Shown: piece by piece, positions 63,686-64,000 of the stretch
Position numbering within the stretch: position 1 is the stretch's first letter
How the letters are laid out: each line of letters begins with the position of its first letter
DNA from: Nitrospirales bacterium
GTDB lineage: Bacteria > Nitrospirota > Nitrospiria > Nitrospirales > UBA8639
Length of the DNA stretch: 64,000 bases
Reading direction: 5' to 3'
Assembly (NCBI GenBank): GCA_965203295.1
Contig: CBDBCZ010000019.1
Span: 2,272,001-2,336,000, forward strand
The notes under the pieces: model-generated
Databases searched by the model: none
What the model was told of the DNA's origin: nothing
The model's input: the letters and a program-made list of their open reading frames with translations, nothing else
Made by a program: the position numbers and the translations under genes

Positions 63686-64000
63686 TCAAGGCTCTCTTTG
63701 TCCCCCGCTCCCTTTCGATGTCTTCCCTCTCAGAATCTCCAGAGGTTCTCTGAGTTTTGACGCATCAAAGACAAGTTCTTTAATAGGACATTCCACACAG
63801 TCCCGGTTCTCTCTGGGCGCCCAGGGGATGAAGGTATACACCTTGACGGCTTTTAATTTTCCACCGTGGAGAAGATCTACAAAGGTAATGGCTTCATCCA
63901 GGGTCGCGGTATTCCACACAACCGCCTGAATGCCGTTAAAGGGCGTTTTCAAGGGAACCGCGATGGTATACCCTTTGGGATCAAGCCGATGTGCAGGCTG
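63686..64000 (-). CDS. Hypothetical protein (5' end outside the window)
   Basis: Frame open to the window edge. Confidence 0.55.
   Translation of the reverse strand, partial: QPAHRLDPKGYTIAVPLKTPFNGIQAVVWNTATLDEAITFVDLLHGGKLKAVKVYTFIPWAPRENRDCVECPIKELVFDASKLREPLEILRGKTSKGSGGQREP

Overview
Mostly core chromosome of a bacterium that looks like a Nitrospirales member (inferred from gene order, the tat/porin/FGE content and the repeat families; no database search was run). Core genes: miaB/mtaB, trkH, class II RNR nrdJ (NrdR and DnaA boxes upstream), tRNA-Glu, RNase P RNA, tRNA-Ile2, dnaG, the his operon, murA-prmC-prfA-rpmE-rho, tatA/B, an ArnT-type lipid A modification cluster, ftsY-ybeY-phoH-mutM. 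Most notable: (1) rpoD at the canonical dnaG-rpoD-tRNA(CAU) position is a collapsed pseudogene lacking regions 2-3; (2) several multiply broken genes, plus mostly G>A/C>T substitutions at normally conserved residues of housekeeping proteins, suggesting genome erosion or a systematic sequencing artefact; (3) a lone 5' half of tRNA-Arg(ACG) between IHF-like boxes at an apparent island border; (4) at least four families of small intergenic repeats that nest into mosaics, including a ~195-nt structured element and inverted heptamer 'empty cassette' sites; (5) a sigma54/IHF-driven alginate-export-type porin and a GGA-rich candidate sRNA. No CRISPR array, integrase, transposase or reverse transcriptase was seen. 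I cannot identify one clear-cut new multi-gene system.
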